Origin: a virus
Virus record (IMG/VR): IMGVR_UViG_3300045988_082360
Direction: 5' to 3' (one strand)
DNA length: 63,050 nt
Each line of letters starts with the position of its first letter. Positions within the stretch are counted from its first letter, which is position 1. A program made the translations under genes and the position numbers. Below are positions 1 to 7,918 of this stretch, in pieces. The notes under the pieces were generated by a model, which did no database searches, was not told the DNA's origin, and saw nothing but the letters and a program-made list of their open reading frames with translations.

Positions 1-55
1 ACTACACTGATCCAGAACGCAGCGACGCCTTATCCGGTCGAATTCGCCTTCAGCA
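1..55. repeat. terminal redundancy, identical to 62996-63050 (circular-assembly overlap)
   Basis: The 55 nt ACTACACTGATCC...GCCTTCAGCA are identical at both window ends. A coding frame runs through the junction. Confidence 0.9.
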
Positions 56-555
56 TGGATTGGGACGGGTTCGCAAAGACTGCGCACTTTGAGGCAGGCG
101 GCGTCAGCATGGCTGTGGTGCTGAGCGAGGATAAGTGCGACATTCCGGGCGAATGCCTGAAGAAAGGCGGTATCCCGCTGAAGATCGCCGTTTATGGCGT
201 CAAGGGCGAGGAACGGAAGTCGACGGGCTGGCATGTGACCAGCAAGATCCTCTTCCCGGCCAATATCAGCGTTGGCACAGGCGGCTCCGGAGACCCGATG
301 GGCGATGAAGCCTACAAGCAGATCATGGGAATCATCGGTGACCCATCGACGGCGGGTTTTGGCAACAAGACGCTGACCGAGGTGATCGTTGAGATCCAGA
401 GAAGCATTTCCGGAACGGCCTCGGATAAAGAGGTCGACGATATGCTGAACGACGCCTTTGCTTCGAGCGACCCGGGCGGAAGCACACCCGACAACACCGC
501 TTCTGACAAAGAAGTGGACGACCTACTCAATGATGTTTTCGGCGAACAGCCGTGA
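1..555 (+). CDS. tail-fibre-module protein, C-terminal part (gene starts at TTG 62951 and crosses the circular junction)
   Basis: The frame is open from nt 1 and in phase with 62951-63050. It has a duplicated C-terminal motif TASDKEVDD(M/L)LND(A/V)F at nt 415-459 and 496-540. Confidence 0.6.
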   Translation, partial: TTLIQNAATPYPVEFAFSMDWDGFAKTAHFEAGGVSMAVVLSEDKCDIPGECLKKGGIPLKIAVYGVKGEERKSTGWHVTSKILFPANISVGTGGSGDPMGDEAYKQIMGIIGDPSTAGFGNKTLTEVIVEIQRSISGTASDKEVDDMLNDAFASSDPGGSTPDNTASDKEVDDLLNDVFGEQP

Positions 556-583
556 ACAAATATATTTAAGGGGGACATGCAAT

Positions 584-1414
584 ATGTCTACTACCAAGCA
601 CACTACTATTGAACAGCTCAAGAAACTGGCGCTGCGCACCAAGAGCGAGATCGGCCTTGTCGACGCTAAGGTTGCCGGCCTGACCACTAAGGTCAATGAC
701 CTGGTGACTGCCGGCGGCGAGCCTAACAAGCTGGAAGGCATCAAGGTCAACGGCACTCTGCTGGCCCTGACCGATAAGATCGCCGACATCCTCATCGCTG
801 AGGGTAAGACCAACGGCACCATCTCCGCCAACGGCGTTGATATTCCCGTTCACGGTCTGGCGGCTCTGGCCTACAAGTCCGAGGTCGCCGAGGGCGATCT
901 GGCTGCTGCTCTGAAGGCCATCATCGACGCCAAGGCGAAGCAGGCTGACCTGGATACCCTGACCGGCGACGGCGAAGGCTCCATCAGCAAGATGATCGAC
1001 GCGGCTATCAACAAGTTCGCCACCGATGTGACCGATGACAATGTGGTCAACAGCTACAAGGAGCTGATCGACTGGGTTGCCAAGCACGGCCCTGAGGCGA
1101 CCAAGATGGCCGGCGGCATCAGCGAGAACAAGACCGCTATCGCCGACCTGAAGACTCTTGTCGGCACGCTGCCCGAGGGTGCGACCTCTACCACCGTTGC
1201 CGCTTACATCACCGAGGCGATCAATGCTCTGAGCATCGGCGATTACGCCAAGACGACCGAGGTGACTGCTGCGATCAACACCGCCCTGGAGTCTTACTAC
1301 ACCAAGACCCAGGTCGACGAAACCTTTGTCAAGAAGACTGACATCGTGATGGCTACCGACGCGGAAGTCGACGCCATGCTGACCGAAGTCTTCGGCGCTC
1401 AGGCTAACGTCTGA
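584..1414 (+). CDS. tail fibre / receptor-binding module protein
   Basis: ATG 584 sits after a GGGGGA RBS-like run. The protein is Ala/Thr/Gly-rich and fibre-like. Its N-terminus (TTIEQLKKLAL) is paralogous to the next ORF, and its C-terminus is TDAEVDAMLTEVFG. Confidence 0.6.
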   Translation: MSTTKHTTIEQLKKLALRTKSEIGLVDAKVAGLTTKVNDLVTAGGEPNKLEGIKVNGTLLALTDKIADILIAEGKTNGTISANGVDIPVHGLAALAYKSEVAEGDLAAALKAIIDAKAKQADLDTLTGDGEGSISKMIDAAINKFATDVTDDNVVNSYKELIDWVAKHGPEATKMAGGISENKTAIADLKTLVGTLPEGATSTTVAAYITEAINALSIGDYAKTTEVTAAINTALESYYTKTQVDETFVKKTDIVMATDAEVDAMLTEVFGAQANV

Positions 1415-1485
1415 TCCAGCATATGCGAGCGGGGGATGGGGCTTCCTGTCCCCCGTTCCACCTTTTGAAAGGAAGGTAACAACAT

Positions 1486-1872
1486 ATGGCAGAGCATAAG
1501 CTTTCCACATTTGACCAGCTCAAAAAGCTGGCACTTGCGGGGAAGAAGGATTCCGCCAAGCAGGTAGCTGAATTGGCGGAGCTTGTTGCCGCCGGACTGG
1601 AGGATCTCCAGCATATCGGCATCTCTGTTACTCTGCCGGCCGCGAATTGGAGCGGCGGAGCGCAGACTGTTGCACATGCTTCCCTCTTAGCTGACAGCAA
1701 CTATATTTATCTTGTAGGCGCAGACGCCGGTACCCGTAATGTGTACGACAGTTATGGCGTGAGCGCAGACAATGTAACTACGAGCGGGCAGATGACTTTC
1801 CGGTGCGATATGACGCCGACCGTTGACTTGTCCGTCTTTATCATTCGACTGGAGGTCGGAACAGATGAGTAA
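1486..1872 (+). CDS. tail-fibre-associated protein
   Basis: The N-terminus STFDQLKKLALAGK is paralogous to the 584 ORF. It lies in the fibre module with an RBS GAAAGGAAGG upstream. Confidence 0.5.
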   Translation: MAEHKLSTFDQLKKLALAGKKDSAKQVAELAELVAAGLEDLQHIGISVTLPAANWSGGAQTVAHASLLADSNYIYLVGADAGTRNVYDSYGVSADNVTTSGQMTFRCDMTPTVDLSVFIIRLEVGTDE

Positions 1873-4735
1873 TGTTGGCAAGGTATTCAACCTTTCCGGC
1901 GGCGGTGGCAGCGGCTCTCCTAAGATGGAAAGTCTGACTATCGCCACCACGCCCAACAAGACGGTCTATAAGTCCGGTGAAACTTTCGACCCCACCGGCA
2001 TGGTCGTTGTGGCAAACTACGGCGAAGGTCTGATGGCAAATGTGACGGGCTATACCGTCTCTCCCTCCGTTCTTACGGACGGGGTGAGCGAAGTTGTCAT
2101 CACCTACACCGAGGGTCGCATCACGAAGACCGCGACGGTTGCCGTGACGGTGGAAAAGGTGCTTGTCAGCATCGCCATCACCACACAGCCGACCAAGACG
2201 GTCTACCAGTATCAGGAGAGCCTTGACCCGGCAGGCATGGTCGTGACCGCGACCTTCTCGGACGGGAGCACGGCGGCTGTACTGGATTACACCTATCCGA
2301 CGACGAACTTCTCTACGCTGGGGCGTCAGGTCATGAAGCTTGAATACACCTACGAAGGTGTGACGAAGAGCACCGACCTTGTCGTTACGGTGCGGGGCAA
2401 AACCATTGTTGTTCCGACGCAGACGAACATCCCGACCTACAACGGTTCAGACAAGACGCCGAGCTGGAACGGCTACGATCCACTCAAAATGGAGATCTCC
2501 GGCGTGACGAGTGCCTCTGACGCAGGCAGTTACACGGCGATCTTCAAGCTGTCCTACGGCTATCTGTTCCCGGACGGCACGGATGAAGCCCGCGTAAAGT
2601 GGACGATCGACCGCGCTGTCATCTCGGTTCTGCCGACGCAGACGGGAACGCTTGTTGCCGACGGCACGAGCAAGACGCCGAGCTGGAATGGCTATGACAC
2701 GGAGAAGATGACCATTGGCGGCGATACCTCCGGTACGGCTGCCGGTGAGTACACGGCGACCTTTACGCCGACTTCCAACTACAAGTGGTCTGATGGCAGC
2801 ACAGGCGCCAAGGAAGTGAAGTGGACGATCATCTCGGTGCTCGTTTCCATTCCTTCGCAGAGCGGTACGCTGACCTACAACGGCAGCGCTCAGACGCCGA
2901 AGTGGCAGAATTTCGACAATGAGAACTCCTCTGTGAGCGTATCTGCCAAGACGAATGCCGGCGAGTACACGGCGACCTTTACCTTGAAGAAAGGTATGTG
3001 GACGGACGGTACGACCGCGGCCAAGACCATCAAGTGGACCATCGGCAGAGCTACCATCGCGGCGGTCCCCGCCCAGAGCGGCACGCTTGTCTATGACGGC
3101 AACCCGAAGACTCCTTCGTGGAACACCGCCTATGACTCGGCAAAGATGACCGTTTCCGTGACGGCCGCTACCAACGCAGGCACTTACAGCGCCACCTTTA
3201 CGCCGACTTCCAACTACAAGTGGTCGGATGGCAGCACCGGAGGCAAGACAGCATCGTGGACGATCGGCAAGGCCGCGAACAGTGTGACCAATTCGCCGAG
3301 CTCCATCGTGCTGAAGAGCAGCGCCAAGACCGCCACCTTTACGGTGAACCGCAAGGGCAACGGCACGATCACAGCCACCTCGAACAACACGGGCGTCGCA
3401 AAGATCAAGTCCATCAATCAAAGCACCGGCGTTGTGACCGTGGAAAGCGTGAACGACACGACCGGCACGGCCAAGATCACAGTCAAGGTCGCCGAGGGTA
3501 CGAATTACAAGGCGGCCTCTGATACGACGGTCAATGTGACGGCCACTTTCGTCACGATCTACGGCGTTGAGTGGGATTGGACGAGCAGCGGCCAGACCAA
3601 GGGCACACGCACAGACGCGGCGGCAAGCTTCGGCGACCCGTCTCCGGCGGTGAACAACGGCAGCGGTTCTTCTCCCTTTGACAACCTGATGCCGTGGTCC
3701 GGTATGGTGAAGGAGACCCGCAGCGGCGGCGTTGAGGTCAAGGAGCCGAAGTATTGGTTCAAGTGGACGAAGACCGGCAAGAAGCTGAAGCTCCAGATCG
3801 CGGACGGTTATGTGGAGGGATTCTCCGTTGACCCTGTAAACAGGGACCGCGGGGATGGCCTTGGCGAGCTGGATTTCTCCTACATCGGCCGCTACCACTG
3901 CGCCAGCGGCTACAAGTCCACCACGGGAGCAGCACAGCAGGTAAACATCACGAGAAGCCAGGCGCGCAGCGGTATTCATAACCTCGGCGCTAACTTCTGG
4001 CAGATGGACTTTGCTCAGTTCTGGTATGTGAACATGCTGTTCCTCGTGGAGTTTGCCGACTGGAACGGCGAGCGCATCGGCAGAGGCTGCTCTACGAGCG
4101 GTTCTAAGATGAACAACGGTCAGACCGACGCGATGGGTTACCACACCGGTACGACCGCAGCAAACCGCGACAGCTACGGCTTCACGCAGTATCGCAACAT
4201 TGAAGGCTGGTGGGACAATGTTTATGACTGGATGGACGGCTGCTACTATAACAGCAACGGCCTGAATGTCATCAGCAATCCCAACAACTTCAGCGACAGC
4301 GCAAATGGCACACCGGTCGGCACACCCTCTTCGGGTTATCCGTCCGACTTCACCATTCCGACAGCAAGCGGTCTTGAATGGGCGCTGTTCCCGAGCGCGG
4401 CAAACGGTAGTACAACGACCTATGTCCCGGATTACTGGTACTTCAGCGGTAGTAACCCGTGCCTGCACCATGGCGGTAACTATAACCAGAACCAGAATCA
4501 CGGTCCGTTCTACGTCAACTACAACAGAACGTCGAACTCGAACGACAACATCGGCTGTCGCATCCTTGCTAAGCCACAGGCTAACCCTCCATTTGGTAGT
4601 AGGGGTTCCTCACCCTTTCTATATCGCACGGTTGACCGCACAGCACTTGCTGAAGAAAAGCCGACAGGACACAGCTTAGTACACTTCGGGCCAGGTCTCG
4701 CCTTGGAACACCCCGCGGCGCTGGAACGGTTGTGA
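1865..4735 (+). CDS. DGR target protein: fibre-like adhesin with Ig-like repeats, four MBG-like repeats, a Big_2-like domain and a C-terminal C-type-lectin/FGE-type fold
   Basis: GGAGG lies 9 nt before ATG 1865. Repeats of the type PTQTGTL..DG..KTPSWNGYD...AGEYTATFTP occur. The C-terminus GWWDNVYDW...YWYFSGSNPCLHHGGNYNQNQNHGPFYVNYNRTSNSNDNIGCRI is typical of a DGR variable region. An RT gene follows immediately. Confidence 0.8.
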   Translation: MSNVGKVFNLSGGGGSGSPKMESLTIATTPNKTVYKSGETFDPTGMVVVANYGEGLMANVTGYTVSPSVLTDGVSEVVITYTEGRITKTATVAVTVEKVLVSIAITTQPTKTVYQYQESLDPAGMVVTATFSDGSTAAVLDYTYPTTNFSTLGRQVMKLEYTYEGVTKSTDLVVTVRGKTIVVPTQTNIPTYNGSDKTPSWNGYDPLKMEISGVTSASDAGSYTAIFKLSYGYLFPDGTDEARVKWTIDRAVISVLPTQTGTLVADGTSKTPSWNGYDTEKMTIGGDTSGTAAGEYTATFTPTSNYKWSDGSTGAKEVKWTIISVLVSIPSQSGTLTYNGSAQTPKWQNFDNENSSVSVSAKTNAGEYTATFTLKKGMWTDGTTAAKTIKWTIGRATIAAVPAQSGTLVYDGNPKTPSWNTAYDSAKMTVSVTAATNAGTYSATFTPTSNYKWSDGSTGGKTASWTIGKAANSVTNSPSSIVLKSSAKTATFTVNRKGNGTITATSNNTGVAKIKSINQSTGVVTVESVNDTTGTAKITVKVAEGTNYKAASDTTVNVTATFVTIYGVEWDWTSSGQTKGTRTDAAASFGDPSPAVNNGSGSSPFDNLMPWSGMVKETRSGGVEVKEPKYWFKWTKTGKKLKLQIADGYVEGFSVDPVNRDRGDGLGELDFSYIGRYHCASGYKSTTGAAQQVNITRSQARSGIHNLGANFWQMDFAQFWYVNMLFLVEFADWNGERIGRGCSTSGSKMNNGQTDAMGYHTGTTAANRDSYGFTQYRNIEGWWDNVYDWMDGCYYNSNGLNVISNPNNFSDSANGTPVGTPSSGYPSDFTIPTASGLEWALFPSAANGSTTTYVPDYWYFSGSNPCLHHGGNYNQNQNHGPFYVNYNRTSNSNDNIGCRILAKPQANPPFGSRGSSPFLYRTVDRTALAEEKPTGHSLVHFGPGLALEHPAALERL
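4430..4566 (+). repeat. single DGR repeat element (TR-like adenine-rich sequence occupying the VR position)
   Basis: Nine Asn codons (8 AAC, 1 AAT) fall within 26 codons at nt 4478-4555. No second copy was seen in any intergenic region. Confidence 0.5.
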
Positions 4736-4761
4736 GGCTACAAGGAGGAAAAACATCCCTG
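4567..4761 (+). ncRNA. possible DGR spacer RNA region between the repeat and the RT
   Basis: This 195-nt stretch has non-protein-like translation (ANPPFGSRGSSPFLYRTVDRTALAEEKPTG...) although it is formally still in the target ORF. Its position matches the TR-Sp-RT layout of characterised DGRs. Confidence 0.3.
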
Positions 4762-5937
4762 ATGAAACGAGTTCGAGTTTACAAAGAGATCATATCGGAC
4801 GAAAACCTTCGTCTGGCAATTCGGGAAGTGAACGCCGGCCATCGGCGAAACGGCAATCACAGCCTGAACAAAAAGGTCATTGAGATCGAAAATAATATGG
4901 ATGAATATGTGGAGAAGCTCCGAGCATTCATCCAAGGTCTGGTCGACGGAGACGAGCACATGCACCCTCCCATTAAGCGACGGCGCTGGGACCGCAACGC
5001 AGACAGCGGTAAAGGCAAATGGAGAGACATCAACGAGCCGCTTCTGTGGCCGGACCAATATGTTCACCACGCTGTTGTGCAGCCGATGATCCCGCACATT
5101 ATGCGGAGCATGGACCGGTACTGCATCGCAAGCGTCCCCGGCCGAGGGAACTCCTACGGCGTCAAGGCATTGAAGAAGTGGATGAAGAACGATGTAAATG
5201 GCACGAAGTATTGCTGCGAGTGCGACATCTACCACTGCTTTGAGGAGCTTGACCCGCCGTATGTCATCGAAGCTTTGAAGCGGGTGTTCAAGGACACCGA
5301 AACGCTCTGGCTGTGCGACGCCATTATGGAATACGGAGTCCTCATCGGCGCATTCTTCTCCGCATGGTTTCTCCATTTGACACTCCAGCCCTTGGATCTG
5401 ATGATCCATCAAAAGCAGTATGGCGTATCACACTATGTACGGCAGATGGACAACTTCACGATCTTTGGTTCCAACAAGCGAAAGCTGAGGAAGCTGCTGG
5501 AGGATATTAAGAAGTGGCTTGCCGAGATCGGAATGAAGATCAAAGGTAACTGGCAGATCTTCCGCGTCGGGTTTACGCCAAAAGTCGAGAGAGCACATCA
5601 GGCTTTGCCGAAGAAAAAGCAACGGCACCGCCGCCCGCGCTTACCATCGGCTCTTGGATACCGATTCGGACACGGTTACACGATCTTGCGAAAGCATAAT
5701 CTATTCCGGCTCAAGCAATCGCTTCATCTTTACTACTACCGGCGAGACAGGAACCGCGTCATCTCATTCAAGAGGGCTTCGGGGCTGATCTCACGGCTCG
5801 GACAGCTTCGCAAATGCAATCATCAGCAGGTTTTGGACAGGCATTACCAGCCCAAGACGATGTTTGCACTGAAGAAGGTCGTCCGAAAGGAGTGCAGAAG
5901 ACTTCAGGCATTATATCCGCCCTATCAGGCGGCATAA
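4762..5937 (+). CDS. DGR-type reverse transcriptase with non-canonical active site (QMDN instead of YxDD)
   Basis: RBS AAGGAGGA precedes ATG 4762. RT motifs present: INEPLLWPDQYVHHAVV, SVPGRGNSYG, CDIYHCFEELD, LIGAFFSAWFLHL, YVRQMDNFTIFG and LGYRF. Confidence 0.8.
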   Translation: MKRVRVYKEIISDENLRLAIREVNAGHRRNGNHSLNKKVIEIENNMDEYVEKLRAFIQGLVDGDEHMHPPIKRRRWDRNADSGKGKWRDINEPLLWPDQYVHHAVVQPMIPHIMRSMDRYCIASVPGRGNSYGVKALKKWMKNDVNGTKYCCECDIYHCFEELDPPYVIEALKRVFKDTETLWLCDAIMEYGVLIGAFFSAWFLHLTLQPLDLMIHQKQYGVSHYVRQMDNFTIFGSNKRKLRKLLEDIKKWLAEIGMKIKGNWQIFRVGFTPKVERAHQALPKKKQRHRRPRLPSALGYRFGHGYTILRKHNLFRLKQSLHLYYYRRDRNRVISFKRASGLISRLGQLRKCNHQQVLDRHYQPKTMFALKKVVRKECRRLQALYPPYQAA

Positions 5938-5952
5938 AAAGGAGTGATTTTC

Positions 5953-6330
5953 ATGAAAGTACAGGGAATGGTCAACCCCGGCAGTTTTACTGTGGAAGAG
6001 ATCCCCGGTACCAAACGAAGTCTTGTCCGTCTCTACCAGAATGTGGAGGCGTGCAAGATCGCTAAGGATGCCGAGGACAAGGAAGGTCTTGACGGGTTCC
6101 AGTATGACGAATACTGCGTTGAGGTCGAGAGTTGGCCCGGACTTGCTGCCAGCGTGCGGGAGAACTACGACACCTACCTTGCAAAGGGTAAGGACAATGA
6201 GGTCGACCGCAGTAACGATGCGTTGTTCCGCGCTCAGAAAAACACAGACTCCATCGTCCAGGATACGGACGCGATGAGCGTGGATCACGAATACCGACTG
6301 ACCCTGCTTGAGCTGGGTCTCTCGGAATAA
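5953..6330 (+). CDS. hypothetical phage protein (XkdW-like position)
   Basis: RBS AAAAGGAG lies 8 nt before ATG 5953. The gene sits between the fibre/DGR genes and the XkdX-like gene. Confidence 0.45.
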   Translation: MKVQGMVNPGSFTVEEIPGTKRSLVRLYQNVEACKIAKDAEDKEGLDGFQYDEYCVEVESWPGLAASVRENYDTYLAKGKDNEVDRSNDALFRAQKNTDSIVQDTDAMSVDHEYRLTLLELGLSE

Positions 6331-6352
6331 TTGAGAAAGGAGGAAAACGACT

Positions 6353-6493
6353 ATGCTGTATCGCACTCTGAAGCGCATGATCGAGCGCGGCCAGACCAAC
6401 GGCCTTGAGGAAAAGATCGACATTTTCTTCGCAGCCGGCAAGCTGACCGAAAGCGAGTATCAGGAGCTCATCGCCATGCTCAAGGCAGAATGA
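6353..6493 (+). CDS. XkdX-family small protein
   Basis: The 46-aa product is MLYRTLKRMIERGQTNGLEEKIDIFFAAGKLTESEYQELIAMLKAE. RBS AGGAGGAAAA is upstream. The ORF is below the 60-aa cut-off of the track. Confidence 0.5.
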   Translation: MLYRTLKRMIERGQTNGLEEKIDIFFAAGKLTESEYQELIAMLKAE

Positions 6494-6513
6494 ACGCACC
6501 GGAGGATTGAGAT

Positions 6514-6969
6514 GTGACTATTCAAGAGATTTTAGCCGGCGGGGGCGGTCTGCTCCTGATCCTTATGACCCTGGTGCAAATCGCCCCCGTCAAAATCAAC
6601 CCCTGGTCAGCACTCGCCAAAGCCATTGGTAAGGCGATCAATGCTGACATTTCAAAACGCCTCGACGAGATCGAGAAAAAGCTGGACTCACATATCAAAA
6701 CGGATGATCAAGGCCGGGCCGATGATTTGCGGGCGGCGATCCTTCGCTTTAACAATGAGCTGCTTCGTCCGATCCGTCATACGAAGGAAGAATTCATAGA
6801 GGTACTTGGGTATATCGACAAGTATGAGCATTATTGCGAAAAGCATCCGGAGTATCCAAACAGCCGCGCGGAAATCGCCATTGAGAACATTCGAGAGGTG
6901 TATAAGGTCCGGCTGAAGAAACGAGACTTCCTTCAGGACGAGGATGAGAAGGAGGTGGCGGCGCTGTGA
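6514..6969 (+). CDS. membrane-anchored protein of the lysis cassette
   Basis: GTG start follows GGAGGA. The N-terminus has a TM helix (GGLLLILMTLVQIAPV). The gene lies directly upstream of the holin-like genes. Confidence 0.45.
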   Translation: MTIQEILAGGGGLLLILMTLVQIAPVKINPWSALAKAIGKAINADISKRLDEIEKKLDSHIKTDDQGRADDLRAAILRFNNELLRPIRHTKEEFIEVLGYIDKYEHYCEKHPEYPNSRAEIAIENIREVYKVRLKKRDFLQDEDEKEVAAL

Positions 6970-7346
6970 GCAGGTGGGGTATCGGCCTTTCCGAGCAAAT
7001 GAAAGCCTGCAAAGAAGCAGAACCGTTTACTGATATTTTGGAGGGGGATGGGGGTGTTCCTGAAAAGGACCCCCCGTCTTCTTCCAAAACAGGGTTCAAG
7101 GTCACCACGATGAAAATTATCGTGTGGGTCTGCATTCTCAACGGGCTTGCATGGGTATGGTGCAGCTATATCCTTGCATTGCTCGGACGAGAGCAGATTG
7201 CAGAGGCCTTGTCACAGGTCGCGCTCAAGGAGATCATCGGCGTGGTGCTGATATACGGTCTCAAGGCGCTGTTTGAAAACCTGAGCAAGAACAATTCGTG
7301 GCCTGACAAGGGAAACTCTACTCCGCCCGAAGACGGGGCGGGATAA
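6966..7346 (+). CDS. holin-like membrane protein (start uncertain; ATG 7109 is an alternative)
   Basis: Hydrophobic segments are IIVWVCILNGLAWVWCSYILALL and IIGVVLIYGL. Its start overlaps the upstream stop in a GTGA arrangement. Confidence 0.4.
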   Translation: MSRWGIGLSEQMKACKEAEPFTDILEGDGGVPEKDPPSSSKTGFKVTTMKIIVWVCILNGLAWVWCSYILALLGREQIAEALSQVALKEIIGVVLIYGLKALFENLSKNNSWPDKGNSTPPEDGAG

Positions 7347-7361
7347 CAGGAGGAAAAGAAT

Positions 7362-7664
7362 ATGGAGAGTGTACTGAACTGGTCTGTCATCATCAGCATC
7401 ATTGGCGTGCTGGTGGTGCTGACGAACATTGTGGTACAGGTACTCAAGAAAGTAACCTGGGACAAGCTGCCGACAAATGCTCTGGCGATGATCGTTTCGC
7501 TGGTGCTGACGCTCGGCGCTTTCTTTGCATATTGTTCCATCAAGGAGATCGCTGTGGTGTGGTATATGGTGTTTGCCGCGGTGGTCCTCGCGTTCATGGT
7601 GGCTTATGCGGCAATGTTCGGATTTGACAAGCTGAAAGAGGCGCTGAGCCAGATCCATAAGTAG
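7362..7664 (+). CDS. holin
   Basis: The 100-aa product has three hydrophobic helices and a charged C-terminus (DKLKEALSQIHK). RBS AGGAGGAAAAG is upstream. Confidence 0.6.
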   Translation: MESVLNWSVIISIIGVLVVLTNIVVQVLKKVTWDKLPTNALAMIVSLVLTLGAFFAYCSIKEIAVVWYMVFAAVVLAFMVAYAAMFGFDKLKEALSQIHK

Positions 7665-7682
7665 TGATTAGAGGTCGAAAAA

Positions 7683-7722
7683 GGTGTAGGAGAGCCGGTT
7701 ATTTCTTGACTACTCCTACACC
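7683..7722. promoter_or_regulatory. 10-bp inverted repeat GGTGTAGGAG / CTCCTACACC (hairpin or protein-binding site)
   Basis: The arms are at 7683-7692 and 7713-7722. There is no T-run after it. The same half-site recurs at 7899-7908, 9201-9210 and 9221-9230. Confidence 0.5.
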
Positions 7723-7918
7723 TGTGGCCTAAAAGTGGCGTGGGGACTGGATCGGATGCTTCCGTTATAGAAACATCTTTTCAAATCGCTCGCTGCTAAG
7801 TGCTGTTATTTCAATGGTTTAAGCAGTAGTAAGATGTGGTTGAAAGGGTAGAAATGTAGATAAGTCATATATTATTCCTATATTATTTCTACATCGACAT
7901 TCCTACACAAAATACACC
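7723..7918. other. candidate attP region next to the integrase 3' end
   Basis: A gene-free, AT-rich stretch with short inverted repeats (GTAGAAAT...ATTTCTAC) lies adjacent to int. The crossover core cannot be identified from the sequence alone. Confidence 0.3.

Noticed and set aside
1-55. The 55-nt terminal repeat as biological direct terminal repeats (a T7-like DTR).
   Set aside because: The repeat is very short, lies in the middle of a coding sequence, and has the length of a typical assembler k-mer overlap. A gene runs through the junction.
2447-4501. A 684-aa minus-strand ORF opposite the DGR target gene. Similar long antisense ORFs occur at 566-1510, 16818-18029, 27327-28808, 44997-47021, 54300-55982, 58261-59499 and 62110-62997.
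   Set aside because: Each lies entirely inside a + strand gene with recognisable domains. Their translations are Arg/Ala/Gly/His-rich, low-complexity sequence typical of the antisense frame of GC-rich coding DNA. None has an RBS context or a recognisable motif.
4567-5937. The RT as a group II intron maturase or a retron RT, with 4567-4761 as intron RNA or msr-msd.
   Set aside because: Only ~195 nt precede the ORF, whereas group II introns need ~500-600 nt of domains I-III. No GUGYG 5' end was seen, and the protein lacks retron-type motifs. The RT motif pattern (IGxxxS), the C-lectin-fold target and the adjacent Asn-codon-rich repeat all point to a DGR.
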